From Octopus vulgaris (lineage: Eukaryota), in assembly GCA_951406725.2 (NCBI GenBank), contig OX597833.1:51150001-51214000 (forward strand): 64,000 bases of DNA, given 5' to 3'. Every line of letters begins with the position of its first letter. Position 1 is the first letter of the stretch. This document shows, piece by piece, positions 30,395 to 46,446 of this stretch. Below the pieces are notes generated by a model. It saw only the letters and a list, made by a program, of their open reading frames with translations, had not been told where the DNA came from and did not search any database. The translations under genes were made by a program, and so were the position numbers.

Positions 30395-30602
30395 GAAGGC
30401 GCATGGCTTGGTGATTAGAGCGGCGAGCTTACGATCGTCAGGTTGTGAGTTCGAATCCCAGACCGGGCTGCGTATTGTCTTCTTGAGCAAGACACTTTAT
30501 TTCACGTTGCTCCAGTTCACTCAGCTGTAGAAATGAGATGCGACGTCACAGGTGCCAAACTGTATCGGCCCCTTTACCTTTCCCTTGGATAACTCTGGTG
30601 GC
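30395..30602 (+). mobile_element. SINE D, 3'-truncated
   Basis: tRNA-like head (gagttcgaatccc B box) and CORE-like body shared with 22868-23206. Confidence 0.88.
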
Positions 30603-31104
30603 AACATACGCTATTGTTTAATATTGTTACTACGTGAATCTTTTTTAGAGATTCTAAAACCAGCTATTTTAGCTTGTCATACATATATATATATATATAT
30701 TAGAAGGTTTGGATGTGATGGACAGGTATTATATATTAGAAGAAATGAGGTACTCAGAAATCCGGATGGTTTTATATTTACAGATATATATTTGTATATT
30801 ACATGTTTTTATACACCATATAACTTATATCATAAATCATGTAATAGCGTTTTCGTCCATTCTGGTGAAATTTTCAAATTGAACTAAGTTCCTGTAGAAA
30901 CATTTTGACCATTTTATAGTGTTGTTAAGTGTGTAGTGGTGGGGAGGGATATAAGATAGTACAAGAGGGTGATGAATGAGGAGAAAGTGAGAGAGCACGT
31001 GTGCGCGTGTGTGTGTGTGGGGGGGTTGTATCTGAAGGAAGTGTTAAAGAAAAAGAAGGAAAGGAAGAAAAGGTAGAGAGGGAAGAAGAAAAAATTGTTT
31101 TGCT

Positions 31105-31159
<55 letters not shown>

Positions 31160-31478
31160 TCAATAATATCATACGTGCTGGTTACGGCTGGTGACAGGAA
31201 AACAGATCAGAGTAAGCCATCGATAAGATCGCAGATTGCAAAACATGTATGACAAACCAACTGAGTGTTTGGAGAAAGTATTGATGAAACGATCGATTAT
31301 TGGTTTTCTTAATTATCTACTTAAATATGCGGTTGATTAATATTCATGAATAGTCAAATAAAATCACTGCAAGTCTATATATCTGGGGAAGGTCTCCCGT
31401 AATATATGTGTGTGTGCGTATTCATGCATACTTGCATCTTACTCTCCCATTCTCTCACAATATATATAAATACATACA

Positions 31479-31936
<458 letters not shown>

Positions 31937-32106
31937 GTATATATATATATATATATATATATTCATGCATATAATTTGATTAGAGGATGTGTTAACCTCG
32001 TGAAGAGATGGTTTCATCCAAGGAAACGTTGGCTCAATCCCTAGTATTCTGGGGAAATGAATTTCCTTAAAAGAACGGATATATATATATAAACATATAG
32101 TTTATA

Positions 32107-32348
<242 letters not shown>

Positions 32349-32354
32349 CATACA

Positions 32355-32395
<41 letters not shown>

Positions 32396-32404
32396 CACGC
32401 ACAC

Positions 32405-32818
32405 ATTCTTTCTTTTCTTTTACTTGTTTTAGTCATTTGACTGCGGCCATACTGGAGCACCACCTTTAGTTGAGCAAATCGACCCCAGAGCTTATTCTTT
32501 GTAAGCCTAGTACTTATACTATCATTCTCTTTTGACGAACCACCAAGTTACGGGGAGGTGAACACACTAGCCTAGGTTGTCAAGCAACGTTGGGTGGACA
32601 AACACACACACAAACATACACACGCACACACACAACACATACACACACATATATATATATGCATATATATATATATACATATACGACAGGCTTCTTCCAG
32701 TTTCGTCTACCAAATCCACTCACAAGGCTTTGGTCGGCCCGATGCTATAGTAGAAGACACTTGCCCAAGGTGCCACGCAGTGTGACTGAACCCATGACCA
32801 TGTTACTTACACACCATG
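32405..32818 (-). mobile_element. SINE A, diverged
   Basis: Family match. Confidence 0.9.
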
Positions 32819-33009
32819 CTACTTACACACATGTATATACACATTCACATATATACATACATATTTATGTGTATACATGTGTGTGTGTGTGCAGCTATAT
32901 ATATATGTGCTTGTGATTATAGATATGTATATAGAAATGTATACATCCACACGCTCACCGACACGCACGCGTACATGCATACATAGATACATACATATGT
33001 GTATGTTTT

Positions 33010-33048
<39 letters not shown>

Positions 33049-33805
33049 CATACATGCATACATATATACATTCATACATACATACATACGTACATACATA
33101 CATACATACATACATACATACATACATACATACATACATACATTCATACATACATTCATACATACATACATACGTATGAAATCCGTAAGGTAATTATAAA
33201 TGAATGACAGAAAGAGGGCAGTGAAAAGAAAAGATAGGAGAGAAAAAGGAGTGAGAGAGAGAGAGAGAGAAGAGCGTGTGAGAGAGATACCGAAAGAGAA
33301 AAGAAGAACGATGAAAAGCGGACATCATAAAGAAGCGAAAATATGTTAGGACCATCAGATGACGATGGCGTAGGTGGAAGTACGAAAGGAAATGATAGTG
33401 AAACGGACGAATAAGGACGATGCAAATAAAAAAAAAAGATGTGATAAAGAAAATAGAAGGAAATATAGAATGGAGATTGTATGTGTGTGTAATTATGTGT
33501 CAGTATTTATGCTGGATATTATATGCATGCATGTATGTGTTTCAATTAAAGATGGCTTGATAAAAAAGACGTTAGATATAAGTAACGCTGGTATGATGTA
33601 GCAAGGATAATGTCGGTCGGTGAGATATGTCATTTCAAAGATGTGTCAGCCAGAACATATTCAGAGTTGGAAAGATATCACAGTGCGGATGGATAAGACA
33701 GGTGGACTGACTGACTGACTGGTTGGTTGGCTGGTTGGCTGATTGGCTGGCTGGCTGGCAACGATATAGATAGAAGCTGCTTCCGTTTGGTTTTGGAAAC
33801 GTATC

Positions 33806-34006
<201 letters not shown>

Positions 34007-34222
34007 TATATATGTATATGTATATATATAAATATAAACGTGTATATGTGTATATATATACGTGTGTTTTTCTACCTATTATATACATTATATTATTTTT
34101 GTAATTTACTTAATCTTTATTTTTTAATTGTTATTTTAATTTTAACTTTTCTATTATATGTAATTTTCTAGATAGTGTAATTTAATTATTCATTTTGAAT
34201 TGATAAAAGGTGGGTTTTTTTC

Positions 34223-34284
<62 letters not shown>

Positions 34285-34360
34285 ATTGCGTGGAATTTGA
34301 TTTAGTATTTCTAAATTGAATTCTTTTTCCTTGTAAGTTTGGATTTTATTCCCTCAAATA

Positions 34361-34458
<98 letters not shown>

Positions 34459-34825
34459 TTCTGGATAAATATATGCCTATGTATATATGTGTGTGTGTCA
34501 CTGTATGTATGTAAGTATGTAAGTAGACAGTAATACACACACACCCACACACAATACATATAAATACAAAGGTAGACATACATATTTTCTATAAATACGT
34601 GTATGTACTGTATACTATACATATATGTACTATATACATATATATATATTGACATATATGTGTATGTATGTATATATATGTATGTAAGTATATACATATA
34701 TATATATATGTTCATGTATATATGCATGTATGAGCACGGAAGTGCATTATGCATGCATGAATGTATGTGTTATATACATACATACATACATAATACACAC
34801 ACACATATATGCACGTTATTATTAC

Positions 34826-35063
34826 AGCTTCAAAAGCATCATAAAAATATTGCTAATGAGAGTTTCAGGTTTCCGTTTGTCGGACAGTTGTCGTTAAGGT
34901 ATCACAACTGTCCGACGAAAGGGAACGTGAAACTCTGAGTAGTAGTATTTTTGTGATATTTTTGTTATGTTTTTGAAGCTTTAATTAAGAAGAGCATATT
35001 ACTCTATCTCTGGTATTCGAGTATTCTTTTCTCCTACCTTGTTTCACATTCATGTGCTTACTC
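34826..35063 (+). mobile_element. Fold-back PLE-like terminus with hammerhead
   Basis: 34826-34891 is inverted relative to 34904-34980; the 3' end is also present at 12958-13036. Confidence 0.72.
34907..34946 (+). ncRNA. Minimal type I hammerhead-like motif
   Basis: ACTGT-CCGACGA-AAG-GGAA-CGT-GAAACTC-T-GAGTA-GTAGT; the mirror arm reads CCGACAA-ACG-GAAA-CCT-GAAACTC, so the consensus stem II is ACG-GRAA-CGT; predicted cut after GUA at 34941. Confidence 0.72.
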
Positions 35064-35082
35064 TCTTTCTTTCTCTCCTTCC

Positions 35083-35122
<40 letters not shown>

Positions 35123-35353
35123 CTCTATATATATATATATAGAAAGATATATATATATATATATGTATATATGTATATAATTACAAATTGAGATAGGGGT
35201 TGTATCATATTACTCATTGATGTGCACTGTTTTGCTCTGTACTACTATGTTTGACCTTGATGTTCATATGTAGTTGGTTAATAAATTATGGGAATGGGTG
35301 TTATCTGGTAGTTGATTATTGATTAAGGTGTATTTCTCCATTTCCTTATTTTG

Positions 35354-35394
<41 letters not shown>

Positions 35395-36047
35395 CGCAGG
35401 AATTGCTGCGAGATAAAAACGCTCGTTCAACTAAAGGTGGTGCACCGGCATGGCCGCTGCCAAATATATGAATCAATTAAAAGGATAAACGAATGTCAAC
35501 TTTTTGACGTTCATGCCAGCCATGAAAAAAACACTTTATATATTCCATGCTCAGATTAGTGTGTGTCCACATACAAACACAGACCCGCAGACACACATGC
35601 GCGCACACACACACATATATATATATATATAGTTAAATGAAGAAAAGAAGATGTAGACTGCTGAAATGAATTGAGAGGTCCACTTATGAGATCCTAAGGT
35701 AGATCCTTTTTTTTTTTCTGATGGAATTATGCTCATGCCACATAAATATAAATTTCATGTACAAATTTGTAATTAAATTACTGTGTATTAATTGAAACGG
35801 TTGTAAGAAGCGATGGTGAACAATTTGTTAAAAATAAAGAAGCGTTAAGTTCCTGATCGCCATTTTTTTTCTTCTTTTAACTAGATGTAAGCAATATTCT
35901 TAAAATTTACCAATTTATGATCCCCCAATCATATATATATATAATTTAAATAATGAGGGTGATAAAATGAATATTAATTTACTTAACATTAATTTAAAAC
36001 CAGTCGCCTATCCTATACAAAAATCTGAAAATTCAGAAAAATTACAT

Positions 36048-36147
36048 TACATGCGTATAAGAAGGGATGACCATTAAGTAGGAGTGACCGATTATTTCTA
36101 GCATATTGGATGTCCACTTAGTGGTCATTCCTTCTTATACGCATGTA
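36048..36147. repeat. Fold-back (about 35 bp arms) in a TA-flanked island
   Basis: tacatgcgtataagaagggatgacca.. is inverted at 36113-36147. Confidence 0.85.
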
Positions 36148-36157
36148 TATATATATA

Positions 36158-36222
<65 letters not shown>

Positions 36223-36408
36223 TCATATATGTAAATATATAAAATATATGTGTGTATGTGTGTATATAGTTTACTGTTCTGTTAAGGTAAGTTCAACAAG
36301 AAAGATCATTCGATCCAGTGAGAAATAATTTTGTTAAATGTACATATTATAAGAGAAGAGTTGCTTATAATTTTTGGGTGCGAAGACTCGTGTCTAGGTA
36401 GGTATTTT

Positions 36409-36470
<62 letters not shown>

Positions 36471-36473
<3 letters not shown>

Positions 36474-36588
36474 ACCTGCTCGCTTAGCAAGCGGGGTGGC
36501 GTCACTTGAAGGCTAAAACAATGCGAAGCGCATTGTGACCAGCGATGTGTAGCAACATCTGATAGCCTGGTTGATCACGGTTATCACG

Positions 36589-36592
<4 letters not shown>
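36471..36592 (+). mobile_element. Isolated SINE C type-2 tail within (TA)n
   Basis: Matches about 13648-13767. Confidence 0.9.
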
Positions 36593-36654
<62 letters not shown>

Positions 36655-37387
36655 CATACAAACATACATACATACATATATACATACATACATATGTAGT
36701 ACACACACAAACACACACACACACATTTACATACAGATACACGCAGGTACATACATACATACATACGTACATCCGTACATAGATATATATATATAGAGAG
36801 AGAGAGAGGGGATTGCCATGTCTCAAATAGTGTAGGTGCCATAAAATATTATGTTTAAACCATGCACCTGATGCTAAACAAAATAGTTTTATTTTACAAT
36901 CTATATCTTGGAATATAAAACAAAGCGCAGATGTTGACCTCAATAAACAAGTTCGGAGAAATGTAATGAAGTTGTACATATAAACACACTGCAATACGTA
37001 GTCACGGACACACAGACATGTACAAATGTGTGTGTGTGTGGGTGTGAGAGAAAAAAGATGGACAGAGATGTGTGTATGTGTTTGTGATAGAGAGAGAGAG
37101 AGAGAGAGAGAGAAGAGAGACGGGATTTAACATAACCATGGTGCACTTGTGCCTGCTTAATATATATAACAATATATATATACATATATTCGCACATACG
37201 CACACATACACGCACACATACACTCATACACATATGCATACACATATACTCACACAAGTGCACACACACATACACACACAGATATATTTACAATAATAAA
37301 TACACAGACAGGCAAATAGATGGAGAGAGAGAGAGAGAGAGAGATGCAGACAGACAGAGAAACAGACTCGCAGACAGACAGACACTC

Positions 37388-37389
<2 letters not shown>

Positions 37390-37426
<37 letters not shown>

Positions 37427-37476
37427 TGTATATATATATGTATATATAATTAGACAGATAGATAGATAGATAGATG

Positions 37477-37575
<99 letters not shown>

Positions 37576-37701
37576 GGTAGATAGATAGATATATAGATAG
37601 ATAGGTAGGTAGGTAGGTAGGTAGATAGATAGATAGATAGATTAGATAGATAAAGAGACAGATAGACATACAGACAGACAGACAGACAGACAGACAGATA
37701 T

Positions 37702-37755
<54 letters not shown>

Positions 37756-37960
37756 TGACAGACGGACAGACAGACAGACAGATAGACAGATAGATAGATA
37801 GATACATACATACATACATACATACATACATACATACATACATACATACATACATACATACATACATACATACATGGGTAGATGATAGCTAGCTAGACAG
37901 ACAGTTAGACAGAAAGATAGATAGATGGATGGATGGATGCATAGACATACATAGATAGAC
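37390..37960. repeat. Compound (GATA)n/(GACA)n/(TACA)n tract; similar at 47895-48170 and 53611-53805
   Basis: Direct reading. Confidence 0.97.
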
Positions 37961-38483
37961 AAAATTCAATTGCCACACACACACTCACACGCACACGCAC
38001 GATATGCACAGACCGCATAGATATACATACATATAACTACTGATGTGAGAAATACAGGAATGAAAAGGAAAGCAAGAAAGAAAGAAATATAAGTTAGTAA
38101 GTAAATACGAAAGAAAAAGAGGAAGAAAATCTATCCAGGAAATCCACTGAGAACGAAAGCTAAATTGTCCGAAGATAATATGTTTTAAGTGTTCTTCGTC
38201 GATGCATCACATACATACATACATACATACATACATACATACAAACATACATACATACATACATACATACATTACATACATAGATACACACACACACATA
38301 CATACATACATATATATATACATACATACATATATGCATACATACATACATGCATGCATATATACATATATGCATATATATTCATGTATGTAAGTATATA
38401 TACGTAAAAGAAAAAAACAAAAAGACAAAGAAAAAATTACTGTTACACCGACATACAAAGAACTGGACGGTAGAATCCAACAA

Positions 38484-38517
<34 letters not shown>

Positions 38518-38525
38518 AATATGTA

Positions 38526-38567
<42 letters not shown>

Positions 38568-38700
38568 TGTATGTATATATGTATATATATGTATATATAT
38601 ACATATAATATATATAGATACATATATTTATATATATATATTTCATATATATATTATATATATATATGCATATATATATATTATATATATATATATATAC

Positions 38701-38810
<110 letters not shown>

Positions 38811-39160
38811 CCTTGTATGTTTGTTGCAGGCTTTTGGAAGTGCTTGTGTGTCTATAAATTACTGTGTCTCAGTACACAATGAACTGGACTATATGTTTAA
38901 AACTATTTTGTTACCGGTTCCGTCCTGGCTATGGCTAGTAAGATCGATACAACTAACAGAATACAGCATTCACTCGAACCATTCGTCTTTCACGAGCTGA
39001 ACAATTAATAGCATTTACCTCCATACTTTGCCAACAAATTTAGCAGGAAAACTAAATAGCGTTTTAAAAAACACTAAAGAGATGTAGCACATAGCGTACC
39101 GAAAAAGGCAAATAAGTCTGGGACTATTTGAATGTGTGTGTGTGTGTGTGCGTGTGTGTG

Positions 39161-39204
<44 letters not shown>

Positions 39205-39318
39205 TGTGTGCGTGTGTGTGTGTACAAATGCATTAATATATATAAGTGTGTGTGTGTGTGTATGTGTGTATGTATGTGTGTATGTATGTATGTATATATA
39301 TATATATGTACATATATA

Positions 39319-39361
<43 letters not shown>

Positions 39362-39514
39362 GTTAATATGTATATATGTACATATATACATATATATGTG
39401 CAAGTATATATATATGTATATATATGCATATATATACACATATATATATACATATATATATGAACATTATATATATGTATGTGTATCTATATATATGTAT
39501 ATATATATATATAT

Positions 39515-39550
39515 ATTGGCTAAACTGGCAATATGACCATTCCGAAATAT

Positions 39551-39557
<7 letters not shown>
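39515..39557 (+). mobile_element. About 40 bp fragment of the 31598-31936 element inside (TA)n
   Basis: attggctaaactggcaatatgaccattccgaaatataacaa matches 31840-31880 (MTIPKYNN). Confidence 0.85.
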
Positions 39558-39630
<73 letters not shown>

Positions 39631-39721
39631 GTATATATGTCTATGTATACATATATACATATACATACTTAAATACACATATATGCATATATATATACAC
39701 ATATTTATGTATATATACACA

Positions 39722-39764
<43 letters not shown>

Positions 39765-40222
39765 TGTATATATATTTTGTATACACATATGTATATATTA
39801 TATATTTATATATATGTAAATGCGTGTGTTTATGTGTATATATATGAATTTCTATATATACGTATACATATATTTGTATGAATTCCTGACATAGGTAATC
39901 AACAGCAACAACAACAACAACAATAATAATAATGATATTGTTCCTATTATTAGTATGTTTATTATTATTACGATTTTATGCACACCACTTAGGACACGTT
40001 TGCATGTAAATGCCTCAGCGTGTGTGCACGCGTCTTTTGTGTGTGTATGTGTGCGTGTGTGTGTGTGTGCGTGCCTGTACGTGTGTGTATCAATCGATTG
40101 TGTGCATGCGAATGTGTGCAGCTGATTGCAATGGTGATACCTACACTTTACGAAAGAAGGTAATTCGATTTATGAGGCACAAATACACACACACACACAC
40201 ACACACGCATACACACGCATAC

Positions 40223-40260
<38 letters not shown>

Positions 40261-40721
40261 ATACACACACACACATACACGCACACACACACACATACAC
40301 GTACGCACGCACACATACACACGCTCACACATACACACACAGATATACGCACACATGCACACACACATACACACACATACAACTACACACACACGCGCAC
40401 GCACACACACATATACACACACACACCCATACACACACATACACGCGCACACACACACAGCGATACACGCGCACACGTGCACACGCACGCACACTCATAT
40501 ACACACGCACACACAGACACACACACAGATATACGCACACACACACACACACATGCACACACAACTACACACACACACGCACGCACACACACATATACAC
40601 ACTCACACACACACACAGACACACACACACACAGAAAGAGAGAGAGAGAGAGAGACTATAATATATATAATATATATACTTGCACATATATATGTATATA
40701 TGTACATATATACATATTAAC

Positions 40722-40758
<37 letters not shown>

Positions 40759-41163
40759 TATACACACACACACACAGAGAAATGAGTGAGAGAGAGACAG
40801 AAAGAGAGAAAGAGAGAGAGACTATAATAGGCATAAGTAGACTTTTGTGTATATTCCCACTTTCTTCCTGATATCATTTCTCCCCCGTCGCACAGAAGCC
40901 ATTAACAGCAAGCAACAACACATCTCCACACAGATTTTCATGTATATATTTTTTATACTCTCACAATCATTTTAGTTTTTGTTTTCCCAAGCTAATCAAT
41001 AATATTACCTAAATTGCTAAGACAAACAAATAATCTCAGGAAAGATTCTGGGGGAAAAAATATATAAATATAAAAAGATGCCAGCCTAATTGAAGGATGT
41101 AGTTAAAATGGCCTTGTCCTTGTTATTTCTGTTTTATACTTTCTGGTATTGTTTTTATAACAG

Positions 41164-41690
41164 TTTTACTCTTTTACTCTTTTACTTGTTTCAGTCATTT
41201 GACTGCGGCCATGCTGGAGCACCACCTTTAGTCGAGCAAATCGACCCCGGGACTTATTCTTTGTAAGCCCAGTACTTATTATATCAGTCTCTTTTGCTGA
41301 ACCGCTAAGTGACGGGGACGTAAACACACCAGCATCGGTTGTCAAGCAATGCTAGGGGGGACAAACACATACTTATACATATATATATATATATATATAT
41401 ACATATATACGACGGGCTTCTTCCAGTTTCCGTCTACCAAATCCACTCACAAGGCATTGGTCGGCCCGGGACTATAGCAGTTTTACTCTTTTACTCTTTT
41501 ACTTGTTTCAGTCATTTGACTGCGGCCATGCTGGAGCACCGCCTTTTAGTCGAGCAAATCGACCCCGGGACTTATTCTTTGTAAGCCCAGTACTTATTCT
41601 ATCAGTCTCTTTTGCCGAACCGCTAAGTTATCGGGACGTAAACACACCAGCATCGGTTGTCAAGCAATGCCAGGGGAGACAAACACACAC

Positions 41691-41767
<77 letters not shown>

Positions 41768-41796
41768 CATATATACATATATACGACAGGCTTCTT
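41164..41796 (-). mobile_element. Two tandem 5'-truncated SINE A copies (41164-41478, 41481-41796)
   Basis: Both begin cagttttactcttttactcttttacttgtttcag. Confidence 0.92.
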
Positions 41797-42222
41797 ATTT
41801 TTATTCCCTCTTACTGGAGTTCTTTCCGCTGTTGATGATAATGGTGAAAAGAGAAGAGGCCTGTGTTTTTGTTGTTGTTGAATTTTAGCATCCTTATCCA
41901 CAAATATCTACTTCACGTGCAAAATGTCCAGTCTTGCAAACAAATCTGTCTCAACAATGTAACTTGATAAACTAAACCTCTTTCTCTCATTCTTTATGTT
42001 TGTTTGTCTGTGTGTGCATGTGTATGCACACACACACACATATACATCTATGTATCAATATAAGCATACTTATTAAGGGCATAGTAGCGTATGTATGCAT
42101 TCACCTGTTCGTGTACGTTGAAAGTCCAGAGTACCAGATCACAATATATAGGGATATAGAACTATATATATATGTATGTATACATATATATATATATGTA
42201 TGTGTGTGTGTGTGTGTGTGTG

Positions 42223-42275
<53 letters not shown>

Positions 42276-42280
42276 GTAAA

Positions 42281-42353
<73 letters not shown>

Positions 42354-42354
42354 G

Positions 42355-42403
<49 letters not shown>

Positions 42404-42404
42404 G

Positions 42405-42435
<31 letters not shown>

Positions 42436-42440
42436 ACATA

Positions 42441-43061
42441 ATTGGTCCTTTTCGTCTATGCAGAGGTCACTTAATCGAACAAATCAAGGGCTCCCTTTCT
42501 TGTAGCTTCTTTCGTGGCTGCTTCCTCCTATAATTGAAGCGCATCTTCTGTCTCAGTACTTGCATATCAAGAGGTTGGCTCGGCGCTTTGCCTTTCTGCT
42601 GTTTTCCTTTCGCTGCTGACGATTACCAACTTGTTTGCTTCTGTAGCTGCTCTCTTAGCGAAGCAGCTCCTTCCTTCACCACAGTCCTCCATGTTGTTCT
42701 GTCCTCAGCCCTCTCTTCCCAGGTGCTGACATCCACCTCACACTTGGACAAACTACTTTTGCAAGTATCCTTATACCTCAGTTTGGTCTTCCTCTTGGTC
42801 TCTTGCCCTGGGCCAGTTCTCCATAGAGCAGATGCTTCGTGATTCGATGGTCATCCATTCTCCTGACATGCCCCAGCCACCTCAGTCTTCTGATACACAA
42901 GATAGCTGTCATGCTTTGAAGATTCGCCTGCGACAGCACTTCAACATTGGTGACCTTGTCGCGCCATGTTAGGCCTAAGATCTTGCGGAGGCATCTGAGA
43001 TGGAAAACGCCGAGCTACCTTTCCTGTCTGCTGTACAAGGTCTCTGTTTCAGATCCATAGA
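42441..43061 (-). mobile_element. RTE-clade LINE 3' fragment (RT thumb/C-terminal region, decayed)
   Basis: Minus strand: YGSET..R*LGVFHLRCLRKILGLTWRDKVTNVEVL..RRLRWLGHVRRMDDHRITKHLLYGELAQGKRPRGRP, frameshift, LRYKDTCK..TWEERAEDRTTWRTVVKEG, then a decayed Cys/His motif. These are typical RTE motifs, with stops and frameshifts. Confidence 0.92.
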
Positions 43062-43074
43062 TATATTCATTATT

Positions 43075-43309
43075 AAGGTGGCGAGCTGGCAGAAACGGTA
43101 GCACACCGGGCGAAATGCGTAGCCGTATTTCGTCTGCGGTTACGTTCTGAGTTCAAATTCCGCCGAGGTCGACTTTGCCTTTCATCCTTTCGGGGTCGAT
43201 AAATTAAGTACCAGTTACACACTGGAGTCGATGTAATCGACTTAATCCGTTTGTCTGTCCTTGTTTGTCTCCTCTGTGTTTAGCCCCTTGTGGGTAGTAA
43301 AGAAATAGG
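43075..43309 (+). mobile_element. SINE B monomer, full length, 13 bp TSD
   Basis: tatattcattatt at 43062-43074 and 43310-43322. Confidence 0.94.
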
Positions 43310-43581
43310 TATATTCATTATTTGTCGACAACAGCACTACCATTGGTTCAGGCAAAGAAACTTGCGCTTTTCAAGCATTTCACTCATTCATTTTGGTAAC
43401 TCGTCTCCTTTCTTGTTCTGTATGCAACGCTTGCAATGACACTGGTGTCAAGACGTATGAGCTGAAACCTTTGATCTGTTTTTTGCTGAGATAATATCAC
43501 TGACGCCGACAGAAGAGATTTGCCTGCACAACATATTGACAATTTTGTTTAACAAAAAAGTTCCCTTGCCCTGCTTATATA

Positions 43582-43991
43582 TACTCTTTTATTCTTTACT
43601 CTTTTACTTGTTTCAGTCATTTGACTGCGGCCATGCTGGAGCACCACCTTTAATCGAGCAACTCGACCCCGGGACTTATTCTTTGTAAGCCCAGTACTTA
43701 TTCTATCGGTCTCTTTTGCCGAACCGCTAAGTGACGGGGACGTAAACACACCAGCATCGGTTGTCAAGCAATGCTAGGGGGACAAACACAGACACACAAA
43801 CACACACACACATATATATATACATATATACGACAGGCTTCTTTCAGTTTCCGTCTACCAAATCCACTCACAAGGTATTGGTCGGCCCGGCGCTATAGCA
43901 GAAGACACTTGCCCAAGATGCCACGCAGTGGGACCGATCCCGGAACCATGTGGTTGGTTAGCAAGCTACTTACCACACAGCCACTCCTGCG
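43582..43991 (-). mobile_element. SINE A, full length
   Basis: Family match. Confidence 0.93.
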
Positions 43992-44037
43992 TCGGTGAAG
44001 TGTCATCGTTCAGATACAGAGTATCCTCACTCACTCA

Positions 44038-44090
<53 letters not shown>

Positions 44091-44747
44091 AGACGTTTAT
44101 CCACATATACATTCACATACACACACTTACATATGCACAGACAAAAACACACACTCGCACGTTTTGATAAAATATGAAAATACATTATTATTCTTATCTA
44201 TGGTAAGTTCTCAAAACATTATCTTCTTGCTTTTAAAATAATTTTCCTCGTGTGAAACTTACGTTTCAATCTATGATACATACACAGGCACGCATGCGTG
44301 TGAAGTTATCGAGTGAGCGTATGCGTGTGTGTGAGTGTGTATATGTATGTGTGTGTACGTGTGTGTATGTATGTGTGTGTGGTAATGTTTCTAATGCGTA
44401 TATGCTGAATTAGAATATTCTGACATTTCGGAAAAAGTCATTCACCATTCACCAATGCATAACAGGGATTTACAAATAGTTGGCTGTCGCGTATAATTGA
44501 GTTGATACATAATTGGAGAGGAGAAGGAAGAGAATTCTGGATAAACTAGTATTTGGGTAGAGAGAGAATAAAATCAATAATGAAGGGGAGAATACTTCCC
44601 ATTTCCTTGCACTAATTCCTCGTAATCTGCCACGCATGCTCCTCAGTTATTTCTCGCTCTTCCCTTGCCATACTCTCAAGAGAAAAGGACAAAGAAGGTA
44701 TTCGTCACCCACGTGAGTATAAATGTGTGTATATATACATATATATA

Positions 44748-44829
<82 letters not shown>

Positions 44830-44950
44830 ATGTATTGAAGTTATAAGAGGTAATGTTGTCATTGAGACCCAAAGGTGTCAGGTAATGCTGAATAAGTACT
44901 ATAGACAGACCGCAAAAAATTCTTATATATCTATATATATATATATGTAG

Positions 44951-45334
44951 TGGAGGCGCAATGGCCCAGTGGTTAGGGCAGCAGACTCGCGGTCGTAGGA
45001 TCGCGGTTTCGATTCCCAGACCGGGCGCTGTGAGTGTTTATTGAGCGAAAACACCCAAAAGCTCCACGAGGCTCCGGCAGGGGATGGTGGTGATCCCTGC
45101 TGTACTCTTTCACCACAACTTTCTCTTACTCTTACTTCCTGTTTCTGTTTTACCTGTATTTCAAAGGGCCGGCCTTCTCACTCTCTGTGTCACGCTGAAT
45201 ATCCCCGAGAACTACGGTAAGGGTACACGTGTCTGTGGAGTGCTCAGCCACTTACACGTTAATTTCACGAGCAGGCTGTTCCGTTGATTCGGATCAACCG
45301 GAACCCTCGTCGTCGTAACCGACGGAGTGCTTCC
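44951..45334 (+). mobile_element. SINE C, tail type 1, full length
   Basis: Near-identical to 60522-60904. Confidence 0.93.
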
Positions 45335-45835
45335 TCTAATAGAGAGAGAGATGGCTCGGGAGATAAATAGATATCCATACATATGCATAGGTCAGAATAT
45401 TTCGCTCCTCCTAGTTCTGAGTAACTGACTTTATGTGAAGCTCCGTCATTTCATGAAGGGTGAAAGTGATATTTGTTGCACTAATTCCTGTTGCAAAATC
45501 GCTGGAGGTTAAACGGAACGAAAATGGTTTTGAGCAGGAATCGAAGCCGGATCGGTGGAAATTTACTTCCTGCTCCTCGAAATGAGCCGAATATCCATGA
45601 TTTGCTCTCCTCTACCCACTTCCTCTGCCTGTCTGTCTGTCTCTCGGTTTCTCTCTATCTTTTCTCCCTCCCACTTTCTTTCTCTCTCCCAGTCTCTTTC
45701 TCTCGCCTCTCTGTCTCTCTGAATGTGTGTTTATATCTATTTACACACACACACACACACACACGCACACACACACACATATATTTATTTATTTATTTAT
45801 CTATTTTCGTGTATATAAATATGTATATATTTTTC

Positions 45836-45913
<78 letters not shown>

Positions 45914-46197
45914 TGTATGTATGTATGTATGTATGTTTGCATGTATGTATACATGTATATATACATACATGTAGATATATAGATATGTATATGTACATAC
46001 GGACAAAAGTATATGGATATATGTATGCACACGTGCATGTATGTGTACATGTGTGGATTTGTATGTATGTCTATGTATGTGGATGTGTGGGTATGTGGGT
46101 GCCCATATATGCCCATACTTGAATCTCTTTCTCACTCACTGCTTCTCTCACTCACCCCTCTCTGTATGTGTGTGTATGCGTGTCAATTTGTGTGTCA

Positions 46198-46233
<36 letters not shown>

Positions 46234-46338
46234 CAGTTTACATATTTTGATTTGTGTATGTACATAGTAGGTACTTATGGAAGTATGTACATCATCCCAT
46301 ATACATATGTATGTGTGCATATACGTATGTGTTCATAA

Positions 46339-46446
<108 letters not shown>

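Noticed and set aside
31998-32040. Hammerhead-like GTGAAGA-GATG-GTTT-CATC-CAAG-GAAAC-GTT (also CTGAGGA near 49833)
   Set aside because: Extra bases before GAAA and poor stem I pairing; topology not satisfied.
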